Program-made: the position numbers and the translations under genes
Notes under the pieces: generated by a model
Told to the model about the DNA's origin: nothing
Seen by the model: only the letters and a program-made list of their open reading frames with translations
The model's database searches: none
Shown here: piece by piece, positions 10,103 through 19,573 of the stretch
Layout: every line of letters starts with the position of its first letter
How positions within the stretch are numbered: the first letter of the stretch is position 1
Assembly: GCA_965222155.1 (NCBI GenBank)
Contig: CBDCTH010000012.1
Span: 2,176,001-2,240,000 of the forward strand
Reading direction: 5' to 3'
Length of the DNA: 64,000 bases
Source: Gammaproteobacteria bacterium
Lineage (GTDB): Bacteria > Pseudomonadota > Gammaproteobacteria > Eutrophobiales > Eutrophobiaceae

Positions 10103-10713
10103 GATGACTACCTGCTTTAAAGTAGGATAATTAGTCGACCCTGAAAAACCCTGTTTCAGGTTGGCATTGAGGGGGCCGGTAGGGGCGGCAGACAGACAGG
10201 CTTGTGGCTCAACAGCGTGCTGGCGCCTGACAGACGAACAGACGCTCTGCGGCAGCCAACCCGCGTAGCCAAGCCAGTATAAGTATCCTTTTGTTGAGAC
10301 AAAAAAACCTGAGTCGCCTCAGGATCAAGCGCAGGTTGTGGCCGGCACAACTCAACAGGACATTTAATTGGTCGCCGTCTGTCCCGTTCAGGTGATTGCG
10401 CCCTAACAGTCCGTCGGCTTTCAAATGACCGATGACCGGTTCAATTGCCTGGCGGCGTCTAAGCGACCGTTTCAACCGTTGGGTTTTGATGCCACGCTTC
10501 TGCCCGGAGATGTACACCGTGGACTCGGTTTCATCATGCCCCCGATAACCCCGGTCTACAAACGCCTCGTCACTACTCGTCCCGGTCAAGCACCGTACCT
10601 GTGCCAGGGCTTTCTTCAAGGTGTGCCCGTCATACGGACTGCCCGGCACGGCCAACCCTCCCACCACAAAGTTACTCTTGTTCGTGGTGGCAATACTCGC
10701 CTTCACCCCGAAT

Positions 10714-10789
10714 TCATTGCGCCCCTCCTTGGGCGCAACCCTTCGGGCGGCTTGCGCCGTGCAAATCGTCTGTCCTGACGATTTGTCAT
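10714..10789. repeat. 72-bp multi-hairpin element A inserted in frame in the transposase
   Basis: Converts the conserved KRY-EFGVK into KRY[DKSSGQTICTAQAARRVAPKEGRN]EFGVK. TCAT is repeated at both ends (10714, 10786). Near-identical copy at 49557-49660. Confidence 0.85.
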
Positions 10790-10977
10790 ACCGCTTGTGC
10801 GCCTTCCCTTTACTGATACATTCCGCCGCCGGGGCATGCAGGCTGTACAGCTTGTGTTTATCCTGCTTCTGTTGCGCCAACAATCGCTTGGCTAAGGCCA
10901 ACTCGTCCGCAAACAGCGCCTGTCGGGCCGGATTGCCCGCGGTGTTACGCTCACTGTCACGTACTACCCGCCCCAAA

Positions 10978-11006
10978 GCCTGCCCCTGTATGGAGTTGAG
11001 CAGGGG
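10978..11006 (-). repeat. 29-bp hairpin element B (CCCCTG-N12-CAGGGG-CAGGC)
   Basis: Identical to 49572-49600. Its removal restores RLRT-S-LGRVVRD in the transposase. Confidence 0.85.
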
Positions 11007-11943
11007 GAGGTGCGTAATCGCTTCACCTCGCGCCGCAGCCGCCGATACTGTTTGGCATGACCGTAGCGGTTCGCCTGTTGTAACGCCCGCGGCCCTTTAC
11101 GGGCGTAGCTCTGACGTAACAGGACCCCGTAACGATGACATAACCGCACCAACCGCGCCCGTGACCGATTTAACAACTTGCTGTCCGTCGGATAGCTCAC
11201 CGCCTTCTCCTGTACCGTGGTATCCACCGTTACCCGCTTGAAGTCCGTCGTCTTCACTGCCTTGCTCTGCACCCCCGCCGCCACCGTCACCTGTAAAATC
11301 CGCGCACACCCTGACTCCCCAATGCGCCGGCGACAGCGCGTCAGGCTGCTCGGGTCCACCGGCGCCTCATGCTGAAAGTACACCGCCCCACAGACGGACT
11401 GCCAATACGGATTCTCCACCCAGCCCGACACCACCGCCTCATCGGATAACCCATAACAATGCGTCAGATAATGCAACCCCACCAGCAACCGGGTGGGCTT
11501 CCCCGGACAGCCGTTGTCCGGGCAGTACAGGGCGCCGAATGCGGTATCAAACACCGACCCGTCCACCAGGTCGGCTAACCGATACAATTCGTGGCGTGGG
11601 TTGAGCATAGTATCCAACTGTTCGCTGAACAGGTCTGATGAAGGATGCGTGTCAGCGTGTCTGGGGGTCATTTTTATCTCCGATATTGCCAGAAAATGAA
11701 GCCCTATGATACCAAAACCGGCACTATCAGTCCAGGAAAAAATGCAGGTTACATAAATATAATCAATAGGTTAGAATAGCTTTTGGGGTTATTCAGGGAC
11801 GACTAATTAGGACCGGTCTCGGCGTTGTTGTCAATACTCGGCAATCATTCAAAAAATCGACGCCCTTTTTTATTACGGTAAAATACCTTATTTACAGACG
11901 TTGAAAAAGGCAGGTGTAATACCCTGGTACGGAGGATGCTGTA

Positions 11944-12099
11944 ATAGCAACGTTATCCCGCTTTGACCTGAAGCTAGATAAAGAAAACAAGGAGATGTTT
12001 GCCGAGGCTGCAACTCTGATGGGGGCAACCATGCAAGGTTTTGTGCGTGCTGCCGCAAAGGAAAAAACTCGAGTGGTAATTGATCAAGAAACCAGACTC
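11944..12099 (+). pseudogene. Truncated DUF1778 antitoxin copy at the duplication junction
   Basis: ATLSRFDLKLDKENKEMFAEAATLMGATMQGFVRAAAKEK...DQETRL matches 13935-14207. Start codon reads ATA. Fused to a 5' fragment of the NSS gene. Confidence 0.85.
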
Positions 12100-12100
12100 A

Positions 12101-12146
12101 TCAGTCTCGATGACCAGGTCTTGGTGGATGATGCAGCGGCAGGCAT
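12101..12146 (-). pseudogene. 5' fragment of the NSS transporter gene (duplication boundary)
   Basis: gatgaccaggtcttggtggatgatgc...ggcaggcatggtt matches 6937-6978. Confidence 0.8.
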
Positions 12147-12156
12147 GGTTATTTGA

Positions 12157-13119
12157 TCAGCTTATTAATTCGGATATTCGGGGAGTCCTGTGCGCGGGAA
12201 TGATGGCGCCGGGATATTGAATAACCTCCCCGGCAAGAAATTGCCCTGCCCGGACGGAGGTCGCGATATCACTGCCGGACAGTCTTGCCGCGATATAACC
12301 GGCATTAAAGGAGTCACCTGCGGCAGTTGTGTCAACAACCCGTTCCCGGGCCGTTACCGGAAAGCCGGCAATATCCGGTCCGATTGCGACCGTACATGGT
12401 GATGAACCATTTTTCACAACGATCTCCGCAACCCCCAGGGCGGCCAGACGAGCACAGGTATGTTCTGGCGTGGCGTCATTAAAAAGTGCTTTTTCATCGT
12501 CAAAACCGGGCAAGGCCACACTGGTCTCGCGGTAGATGCGGTCGGCCCAGTCTCTTGCTTCCCCGGGGGACGGCCACAGCGCCGCCCTGTAATTCGAATC
12601 ATACACGATAATGACACCTGTCTTACGTAAAAATCTCAATAAGTCCAGCAGGCTCTCCCTGTAATCGGGGGTGAGTATGGCGATTGATATACCGGATAAA
12701 TAGAGTACCTGAAAACCCTTCAGGGAAGTTTCCAGGCTTATGGCATAATTATCCCTGAACAAATCACGCGCTGCTGACTTTTCCCGATCATAGCTGAAAC
12801 GACGCTCTCCACCGCTTCCGGTTGTAATAGTGTAACTTCCCGGTAATTTATCCCGGAAACGTCTGACAAACGCGGTATTAATACCCTCAGACTTCCAGAC
12901 CGCCAACATGGTGGCGCTGTGCGCGTCTTCTCCTACTGCAGTGACATAAAACAGGTCCGCCCTGTCCCTGTCCAGTAGTCTTGCCATATAGGTTACGGTA
13001 TTGAGCGTATCGCCTGAAAATCCCTGAGAATACTCGAGAGAACCATCAGCCCTGTGTTCAACCATACACTCACCGATGGCTGCAATCATGCAAGGACCGT
13101 CTTTTTTCCACTCCATCAT
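12157..13119 (-). CDS. kdgK: 2-dehydro-3-deoxygluconokinase, copy 2
   Basis: Same length as copy 1 (320 aa). Central region identical, substitutions near both ends. Confidence 0.88.
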   Translation of the reverse strand: MMEWKKDGPCMIAAIGECMVEHRADGSLEYSQGFSGDTLNTVTYMARLLDRDRADLFYVTAVGEDAHSATMLAVWKSEGINTAFVRRFRDKLPGSYTITTGSGGERRFSYDREKSAARDLFRDNYAISLETSLKGFQVLYLSGISIAILTPDYRESLLDLLRFLRKTGVIIVYDSNYRAALWPSPGEARDWADRIYRETSVALPGFDDEKALFNDATPEHTCARLAALGVAEIVVKNGSSPCTVAIGPDIAGFPVTARERVVDTTAAGDSFNAGYIAARLSGSDIATSVRAGQFLAGEVIQYPGAIIPAHRTPRISELIS

Positions 13120-13206
13120 AAAGATTCCCTTATTCTTTCGTACAGAGACGTTTAGCCCGATAATAGGGTAAAATCATCGACCCAGTATAATTTAACAGCG
13201 CGTAGT

Positions 13207-13836
13207 ATGAAATCCATCACGGATATTATCTCTACGGGAAGTATTATTCCCGTGTGTACCGTTAATGACCCCGGCAAGGCCGTTCCGTTGGCTCAAATGC
13301 TACAGGATTGCGGCATTAACTTTATTGAGATTACCCTGCGAACTGAAGGCGCTTTTGCAGCCGCACAGAATGTCATCGATGAATGTCCGGATATGTACGT
13401 CGGTATCGGCACGGTGACCGGAGCCGAACAGCTTCGCCGGGCAAAAGAAGCCGGTGCGCATTTCTGTGTCAGTCCCGGCATGACCGAACGTCTCATCCGT
13501 ACGGCCGAACAATTAAACCTGCCCTACTTGCCGGGCGTCAGCAGCGTGTCAGAAGTGATGTTTGCCAGGGAATTGGGGTTACGGCACTTGAAGTTTTTCC
13601 CGGCTGAATTATCAGGGGGAGTCAGGATTCTTGGTATGTTCCGGGAACTATTCCCCGAGATCAAATTTTGTCCCACCGGCGGACTGAATGAAAATAACGC
13701 CGGAGATTACCTGCAACTGGCGAACGTGTTCAGCATCGGTGGGAGTTGGCTGACGTCACAAGAGAAGATCGATGCTGCCGACTGGAGGGGTATCGAAAAA
13801 ACAATACGACGGGTTATCTGTTCGCAACATTCGTAA
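13207..13836 (+). CDS. eda: KDPG/KHG aldolase, copy 2
   Basis: Same motifs as copy 1. 5' end almost identical, remainder diverged at many synonymous and some nonsynonymous sites. Confidence 0.93.
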   Translation: MKSITDIISTGSIIPVCTVNDPGKAVPLAQMLQDCGINFIEITLRTEGAFAAAQNVIDECPDMYVGIGTVTGAEQLRRAKEAGAHFCVSPGMTERLIRTAEQLNLPYLPGVSSVSEVMFARELGLRHLKFFPAELSGGVRILGMFRELFPEIKFCPTGGLNENNAGDYLQLANVFSIGGSWLTSQEKIDAADWRGIEKTIRRVICSQHS

Positions 13837-13845
13837 CGACGAACA

Positions 13846-13880
13846 TTGACATGCCTTCTCAATACGGTAAAATACCGTAT
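13846..13880 (+). promoter_or_regulatory. Sigma70 promoter and palindromic operator of the TA operon
   Basis: TTGACA(13846)-N16-TAAAAT(13868). Perfect palindrome ATACGGTA-AAA-TACCGTAT overlaps the -10 box. Degenerate copy at about 11873-11890. Confidence 0.75.
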
Positions 13881-13934
13881 CAACAAATACCAAAAAAGAC
13901 AACATGCAGAACCCCAGAACCGGAGGATAGTGTA

Positions 13935-14207
13935 ATGACGACGTTAGCCCGCTTTGACCTGAAGCTGGATAAAGAAGACAAGGATATGTTTGCCGAGGCT
14001 GCCACGCTGGTGGGGACCACTATGGCAGGTTTTGTGCGTGCTGCCGCAAAAGAGAAAGCGCGGGAGGTAATTGATCAAGAAGCCAGACTCGCCCTGACCC
14101 GGCGCGATTTTGGTGCATTCAGTGCGGCGCTGAATCGGGCTTTTACTCCTGACCAGCCTCTGCAGGAAGCTTTAGCTACGGCGCGCCAAACCGTGAAGCG
14201 TGCTTGA
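13935..14207 (+). CDS. DUF1778 ribbon-helix-helix antitoxin (TacA/AtaR-like)
   Basis: ARFDLKL...EAATLVGTTMAGFVRAAAKEKAREVI...LTRRDF. GGAGG RBS before ATG 13935. Confidence 0.88.
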   Translation: MTTLARFDLKLDKEDKDMFAEAATLVGTTMAGFVRAAAKEKAREVIDQEARLALTRRDFGAFSAALNRAFTPDQPLQEALATARQTVKRA

Positions 14208-14682
14208 AGAACAGCAGCTTAATTCCAGACTCCATAATTGTGCCGAATTTGATTGTGGAATACCCGAGCTGAACAATTATCTTACGCGATATGCGACTCA
14301 GGACCGTCGGCGTAACCTCTCTCAAGTCTATGTTCTGATTGACACCGATAAGCCGACCGAGGTTCTCGGCTGCTATACGTTGAGCGCCGCCCATATTGAG
14401 GTAGACCAGATATCAGAGCAAGAACAACAGCGTCTCCCACGCTATCCTATTCTTTGTTTTCGTATGGGGCGGTTTGCGATTCGGAAAGATATTCAAGGCA
14501 AGGGTATGGGTAAACTCTTACTGGGCTGTGCTGTAGATCGTTGTTTGCGGGCAAGGCAAGAGGTTGCCGCATATGCCCTGATCGTAGACGCTAAGGACGC
14601 AAAAGCGAAATCATTTTATGAGTATTTCGGGTTTATTGCTTTTGCCGATATACCCTACTCCCTGTACTTGACCATCCCCTGA
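14200..14682 (+). CDS. GNAT acetyltransferase toxin (TacT/AtaT-like)
   Basis: FDCGIPELNNYL, LPRYP, GRFAI...QGKGMGKLLL, IVDAKD..AKSFY..FGF. Overlaps the antitoxin. Confidence 0.9.
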   Translation: MLEEQQLNSRLHNCAEFDCGIPELNNYLTRYATQDRRRNLSQVYVLIDTDKPTEVLGCYTLSAAHIEVDQISEQEQQRLPRYPILCFRMGRFAIRKDIQGKGMGKLLLGCAVDRCLRARQEVAAYALIVDAKDAKAKSFYEYFGFIAFADIPYSLYLTIP

Positions 14683-14800
14683 TAAGCCATATACCTGAAC
14701 TTGCAACAAGCTCAAACAGCTTGCTATTACTGCTTTCCCAAACCTGAGAGGAGGAAAAGAATTTGACTATTCAGACCGGAACCGGTGGATTGAGTGAATA

Positions 14801-15256
14801 TTATTGGTGTCGGGATGACCCGAAGTTTTTGTTTATCTTTTCTTCGATGACGGCAGCGGGATAGCTGAGGAGATTGCCGAACTGCCTGGCTATGTCCCGG
14901 CGCGCCTCACCCGCATAGGAACCGGCTTCCATTAAACCAGACTTTCTCTCTTTCAATGCCAGATACTCTTCCAGGGTTGCGTCTTTATAAATTAACAGCA
15001 CGTGTTTGCCTTTGGCGACATCAGCCGGGAACAGGTCGGTGACAATCAAATCCGTCTCGCGGTATAGCAGGACACCTTCTCCCTGTGCAATCTGCTCCGC
15101 ATCCTCCACCAAGTCATCCATTTCCTCTGGTGTCACCGCCGCGCTCAGCGCCAGGGTGTTGACACCGACACTGACCATCTCCGCAAAAGTGCTGAGCCCT
15201 CCCAGCCGATAGAAGCGTTGATCGATTTGCCTGCTCATGTTTTGAGAACGAGACAT
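14801..15256 (-). CDS. Hypothetical protein X, copy without signal peptide
   Basis: Closely similar to 16126-16644 (LGGLSTFAEMVSVGV, YRETDLIVTDLFPADVA, FG.LLSYP). Confidence 0.75.
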   Translation of the reverse strand: MSRSQNMSRQIDQRFYRLGGLSTFAEMVSVGVNTLALSAAVTPEEMDDLVEDAEQIAQGEGVLLYRETDLIVTDLFPADVAKGKHVLLIYKDATLEEYLALKERKSGLMEAGSYAGEARRDIARQFGNLLSYPAAVIEEKINKNFGSSRHQ

Positions 15257-15357
15257 TTACTACCCTGAAGAACCAAGGCTACCACGTTGAGCATAACCTC
15301 CAACACGGCTATCAGCGCCTGTCCACGGTGCTGACCTATGCCTGACCATGCCATGCC

Positions 15358-15385
15358 TTGATAACTGTTACCATTTCAGGTAACA
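15358..15385 (+). promoter_or_regulatory. Putative promoter/operator of the second TA pair
   Basis: TTGATA at 15358, then perfect inverted repeat TGTTACC-N6-GGTAACA (15366-15385) just before ATG 15393. Confidence 0.6.
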
Positions 15386-15392
15386 TCATCAA

Positions 15393-15587
15393 ATGGGTAA
15401 GATACGTCGTAATAACTACGTTTTCCTGACTTGGAAAGGCGATCATTCCCCCCGACATGTCCATGTATACAAGGATTCGAAATTCGTAGTTAAATATGAT
15501 TTGGAAAACAGGCAGGTTATGAAAGGGAGAATTACCGGGGCTTTGTTGGCAACCATCATTGAACTGGAAAGAGAAGGTTTGCTATGA
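15393..15587 (+). CDS. DUF4160-like small toxin
   Basis: 64 aa, basic, motif DHSPRHVHV. 4-bp overlap with the downstream HTH gene. Confidence 0.72.
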   Translation: MGKIRRNNYVFLTWKGDHSPRHVHVYKDSKFVVKYDLENRQVMKGRITGALLATIIELEREGLL

Positions 15588-16060
15588 AAATACGTAATGT
15601 TGAAATGAATAATCGAAAAAACGAGTTTACTGTTACTACCCGGTCTGGTTCTGTTTATATCTTTCCATACTCAAAGGCAGACCCGTGTCCGAAGCCGGAT
15701 AATCGCATCAAAAAGCTTTTTGTTGACAATGAGTTTGCAAGCGAGGCGTTCACATATCTTCTGGAATCAGGTGAAGAGGGCTCGATTCACATAGAACAAA
15801 TATTCGAATATAACGACGACCCGGCTTATTATGCAGATTTGCTGATATACAAGTTATCTGTAGAGGCCAAGCAACGCGTTGAAAAGAGTGACCTGAGCCG
15901 ACGGCAAATAGCCCGGCGTCTATCGACATCCGTTCCTCAATTATATCGATTACTGGACCCCTCTAACTCCAGGAAATCCATCAGACAATTAATTGCGCTG
16001 TTGCATGTTCTGGATTGTGGTCTGAACCTGGTCGTGAAAAACAGAAAGGAAGCAGCATGA
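15584..16060 (+). CDS. Putative antitoxin with C-terminal XRE-type HTH
   Basis: LSRRQIARRLSTSVPQLYRLLD..N.RKSIRQL HTH. Beta-rich N-terminal part (DUF2442-like, inferred). Confidence 0.7.
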   Translation: MKIRNVEMNNRKNEFTVTTRSGSVYIFPYSKADPCPKPDNRIKKLFVDNEFASEAFTYLLESGEEGSIHIEQIFEYNDDPAYYADLLIYKLSVEAKQRVEKSDLSRRQIARRLSTSVPQLYRLLDPSNSRKSIRQLIALLHVLDCGLNLVVKNRKEAA

Positions 16061-16125
16061 GAGAAAAATAATCAGAAAACTCTGACTTAACCAGATGTTC
16101 CCTGAGAAAACCACGGGAGTTGTGC

Positions 16126-16644
16126 TCATTCCTGATGTTGAGCAGACCCGGAGTTCTTATTTATCAATTCTTCGATGACGGTGTTGGGATAGCTGAGGAG
16201 CTTGCCGAACTGGCGGGCAATGTCCTTGCGCGCTTCACCTTCATAAGAGCCGGATTTCACCAATTCAGATTTCCTTTCTTTCAATGCCAGGTACTCATCC
16301 AGGGTTGTTCCTTCATAGATCAATAGGACATGTTTGCCTACGGCAACGTCAGCAGGAAAAAGATCGGTGACGATCAAATCCGTCTCGCGGTACAGCATAA
16401 CCCCTTCTTCCCGCGCAATTCCCGCTGCATCATCCGCCAGGACATCCATTTCTTCCGGCGTAACAGCCGCACTCAGCGCCAGTGTCTTGACCCCGACACT
16501 GACCATCTCCGCAAAGGTGGATAAACCACCCAATGTGAACGAACGTTGATCAATTTGCTTATTCATACTTGAAGATTCTTCAGCAACACAAGGGTATGCA
16601 GTTGCCAGAAACAGGAAAATAATTGTCCTGATTATCCGTATCAC
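16126..16644 (-). CDS. Hypothetical protein X, copy with Sec-type signal peptide
   Basis: MIRIIRTIIFLFLATAYPCVA-EE leader. Body is paralogous to 14801-15256. Confidence 0.75.
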   Translation of the reverse strand: MIRIIRTIIFLFLATAYPCVAEESSSMNKQIDQRSFTLGGLSTFAEMVSVGVKTLALSAAVTPEEMDVLADDAAGIAREEGVMLYRETDLIVTDLFPADVAVGKHVLLIYEGTTLDEYLALKERKSELVKSGSYEGEARKDIARQFGKLLSYPNTVIEELINKNSGSAQHQE

Positions 16645-16773
16645 AGGGTTCTCAGAGTTGAAATAACGGGCTTGAGTGTCCTGGCTATGATTGCATGGAA
16701 CAGCAGAGCATTACACTATTTTTCAATATTAGAGCTTCATTGGAAAAAGTAGTATCTCCACCTTTTCCCAGCG

Positions 16774-16805
16774 AAAAATAAAACCCCTGCTTAAACAGCA
16801 GGGGT
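16774..16805 (-). terminator. Rho-independent terminator after the TonB-dependent receptor
   Basis: Stem ACCCCTGC-N7-GCAGGGGT followed on the minus strand by TTTATTTTT. Confidence 0.75.
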
Positions 16806-16842
16806 CAATAAAAGTGCAACCAGGAATTGTCAGTTATGCTGA

Positions 16843-19302
16843 CTAAATCCCACCGTAGGTATAACTTATCGAACCGCCAATAGTAAGCGGGTTGGGTCGC
16901 AATCGAATACCACTGACGCCAAAGTTCTCCTGGGTTCCCGTATAGTATTTTTCATCTGTCAGGTTCTGCACGAAGCCTGTAATACTCCATTGTCCCCATT
17001 CAACACCGGCTCTCAGGTTCAGCAAATCATGATCCGGACTCCGGTACGGAAATTCATTAGGACCTGAATTATGAATAAGCGCGGCGTTGTTCGGTGAGGG
17101 TCCATTCAACTGGCGGTTCGTCACGCCTTCCATATCGGAATACTGCCCATCACGGTGGATATACTCCAATCGTACCCAGGCTTCATTATCCCCACTGATT
17201 GACCAGCGATATTCACCCACCAGGTTTGCAGTCAATTCCGGCGATTTAGGCAGCTCCAGTCCAAGCAATGACGGGCGCCATCCACCGGATAACTGCACTA
17301 TTGTGTCGCTGGTCACCTCGGTATCCAGGTAACCGAAGCCGCCTGAGATAGTCAGGCCGTCAGTCACCAGCGCGGCAAATTCCATTTCCACGCCGCTTGC
17401 CTCTGCGTCTTCAATACTGATAATCTGGTCGACGTTGGTTGACAAATCGCCCGGGGTCAGGAAGAAAAAGGATTCAAACTGCAGGTCGTCCCACTCAAGG
17501 TGGAACACTGCCGCATTCAAACGCAAGCGACCTTCCAGCAACTCCGACTTCAGCCCCAGTTCATAATTCCACAGGGTTTCGTTATCATATTTCGTTGCAA
17601 ACGCGGGAGCGCCACCCACATTCGTATTATTGCCGATGCTGCTGCCGCCGGGTTTGTAACCTTTAGACACCATGGCATAGACGTTCACTTCATCCGTGAT
17701 CTGAAAGCGGGCGCCAAAGCGTGGTGCAAAATCCGAAAAGTCTGAGCTAGCTCCCGCTACCGGACGTGGACTATTTGCAAAACTCTGAAAAAATGCAAAC
17801 CCGGGACCACCGGGAAACCCGGGACTCCCTGGAAAACAGCAAGTCGGTCCAATGCCATTGGCCGCCAACTCTCTCTCCACCTGGCTTCTGGTAAACCGGC
17901 CACCGGCGATGAGATCCAGACTTTCCGCCATGTGAAACGTTATATCACCGAATAGCGCCTGTTCTTCCACCTCATAACCTTTGCTGTTAAAGGCCAGACC
18001 CAGGTCTTCCGGGAACGGCGGCAGCCAGCCGACACCATTTAAAGTATGGGTTGCGTTTGTGGAAACAGCTACCAGGTTATTCTGATCCTGTTTATCTTTC
18101 GAGTACATCGCGCCAAGCGTCCAGTCTACGGAATCGCCTGAATAATCAAGTCGTAATTCAGCGCTCCATGAAGTACCTTCATAACTGTTGGTTCTATCTA
18201 TTGAATCTACACCTCCAACCAGGTCTTGATCGAACCAGCGATTATTATCCGCATCGATCACGCCGGTGATGGAAGTGAGTTTCAGATTATCGTTCAATTC
18301 ATGTTCGATATTGACGATGGCGATGAATGCCTCATTTTTATTATATTCGCCCAGGTCATGGCTGAGATAGCTCCTGTTATCCGGCCAGAATCCCGTCCCG
18401 GGATCGATCGCCTCTGATATTCCCAATGTGTCGATGGTGTCCACATCCAGAATACCCGAAGGGACGTTTTCGTCATGGCCTTGCTCGATATCGGTATAGC
18501 TCAGGTTAACACTGACGGTGGTATCATCCGAGACATCCCACACCGCCTTGATACGGCCGAAGAATTCTTCATAACCACTGTTCTTGGCGCCATTGGGTGT
18601 AAAATTATTTTCCACCGAACCGGGACATTCGGCAGCCGAAGCGCCGGTCGCGCAGGCATTTTTGACCCGGCCCCCGCTGTCTTCATACATAAAAACACCA
18701 CGCAGGCCAAAGTCATCGGATACAGGCGCATTGAAAACAGCAGTGACATTGCCCATCTCATTGGCATTTTCATAACTTTCACCACCGACTGTCAGCTTGA
18801 GACCAAATTCATCGGTCGGGTCGGCAGTCCTCAGGTTCAAAGCGCCGCCCACTGAGTTACGCCCGAAGAAAGTTCCCTGGGGGCCGCGCAACACCTCAAT
18901 ACTTTGCATATCCGGCAAGGCAGGATTTGACACTCCGCTAGGCACGGACGCAATACTGAAACCGTCCATGTAGATGCCTATGGAATTTATGCCGGTATTT
19001 TCAGCTGCGCCCGAGATCATATTACTGACGCCGCGAACGGCAATACCGATACCCTTGCTTCCCACCTGCCCGTCATCGGTAAACGCTACGTTTGGCGTTA
19101 ATGCCAGGTAGTCCCTGGCGGCCCGTATATTACCCTGCTCTACGGCGGCGCCGGTAAACGCAGTCACACTGACCGGCACATCCTGCAGGTTCTGTTCCCT
19201 GCGTTGTGCCGTTACAACAATTTCCTCCAGTGCGCTCTGGGAATAGACGGGTACTGCAATGGAAGCAGCCAGCACAGCAAATAAACATGTCTTTATTCTC
19301 AT
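16843..19302 (-). CDS. TonB-dependent receptor
   Basis: Signal peptide, LEEIVVTAQRREQNLQDVP TonB box/plug, IEVLRGPQGTFFGRN, barrel strands. Confidence 0.93.
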   Translation of the reverse strand: MRIKTCLFAVLAASIAVPVYSQSALEEIVVTAQRREQNLQDVPVSVTAFTGAAVEQGNIRAARDYLALTPNVAFTDDGQVGSKGIGIAVRGVSNMISGAAENTGINSIGIYMDGFSIASVPSGVSNPALPDMQSIEVLRGPQGTFFGRNSVGGALNLRTADPTDEFGLKLTVGGESYENANEMGNVTAVFNAPVSDDFGLRGVFMYEDSGGRVKNACATGASAAECPGSVENNFTPNGAKNSGYEEFFGRIKAVWDVSDDTTVSVNLSYTDIEQGHDENVPSGILDVDTIDTLGISEAIDPGTGFWPDNRSYLSHDLGEYNKNEAFIAIVNIEHELNDNLKLTSITGVIDADNNRWFDQDLVGGVDSIDRTNSYEGTSWSAELRLDYSGDSVDWTLGAMYSKDKQDQNNLVAVSTNATHTLNGVGWLPPFPEDLGLAFNSKGYEVEEQALFGDITFHMAESLDLIAGGRFTRSQVERELAANGIGPTCCFPGSPGFPGGPGFAFFQSFANSPRPVAGASSDFSDFAPRFGARFQITDEVNVYAMVSKGYKPGGSSIGNNTNVGGAPAFATKYDNETLWNYELGLKSELLEGRLRLNAAVFHLEWDDLQFESFFFLTPGDLSTNVDQIISIEDAEASGVEMEFAALVTDGLTISGGFGYLDTEVTSDTIVQLSGGWRPSLLGLELPKSPELTANLVGEYRWSISGDNEAWVRLEYIHRDGQYSDMEGVTNRQLNGPSPNNAALIHNSGPNEFPYRSPDHDLLNLRAGVEWGQWSITGFVQNLTDEKYYTGTQENFGVSGIRLRPNPLTIGGSISYTYGGI

Positions 19303-19406
19303 CTGGACCCCCTTGGAAGGCTTAACGTGTCTTGTTCTCATAATCTTGTCCTGTAAAATCAGATCGGGTGATAACTATTGATTAGTACTCATAAAATCCT
19401 TAGAAT

Positions 19407-19435
19407 AGTTTAGGCTTGAATTATTTTTCTGTCAA
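19407..19435 (-). promoter_or_regulatory. Sigma70 promoter of the TBDR gene
   Basis: Minus strand TTGACA-N17-TAAACT. Immediately upstream is a tandem repeat GAAATTTTGTCA x2 (19436-19459). Confidence 0.7.
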
Positions 19436-19573
19436 GAAATTTTGTCAGAAATTTTGTCAGGCAATAACTGAACATTCGTATTTTAACCGGGACTCGGCAA
19501 ATTATGTCAAGAACAGGACACAATTACCTGATTTATTGTTGTATGAGTACAACCAGCAGTTAACTGAAGCAAG

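Larger units (their letters stand above)
10209..11671 (-). pseudogene. IS5 transposase disrupted by a 29-bp frameshifting insert and a 72-bp in-frame insert
   Basis: LSDE, WVENPYWQ, VDTTVQEK, YSLHAP, CISKGKA, DRGYRG, RRRQAIEPVIGHLK. The two track ORFs fuse when 10978-11006 is removed. Confidence 0.9.
10134..11803 (-). mobile_element. IS5-family insertion sequence with 6-bp TAATTA target duplication
   Basis: TIRs GTCGACCCTGAAAAACCC / GGGTTATTCAGGGACGAC (2 mismatches in 18). TAATTA lies immediately outside both ends (10128-10133, 11804-11809). Confidence 0.92.

Noticed and set aside
13746-13934. N-terminal extension of the DUF1778 ORF in the track
   Set aside because: It overlaps eda and the TA promoter. 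RBS position and family length support ATG 13935.
3200-16700. Possible integron cassette array (R-M, HicB, TA pairs, small unknown genes; GTTAGCA before hicB)
   Set aside because: No integrase, mixed gene orientations and no convincing paired RYYYAAC/GTTRRRY attC stems.
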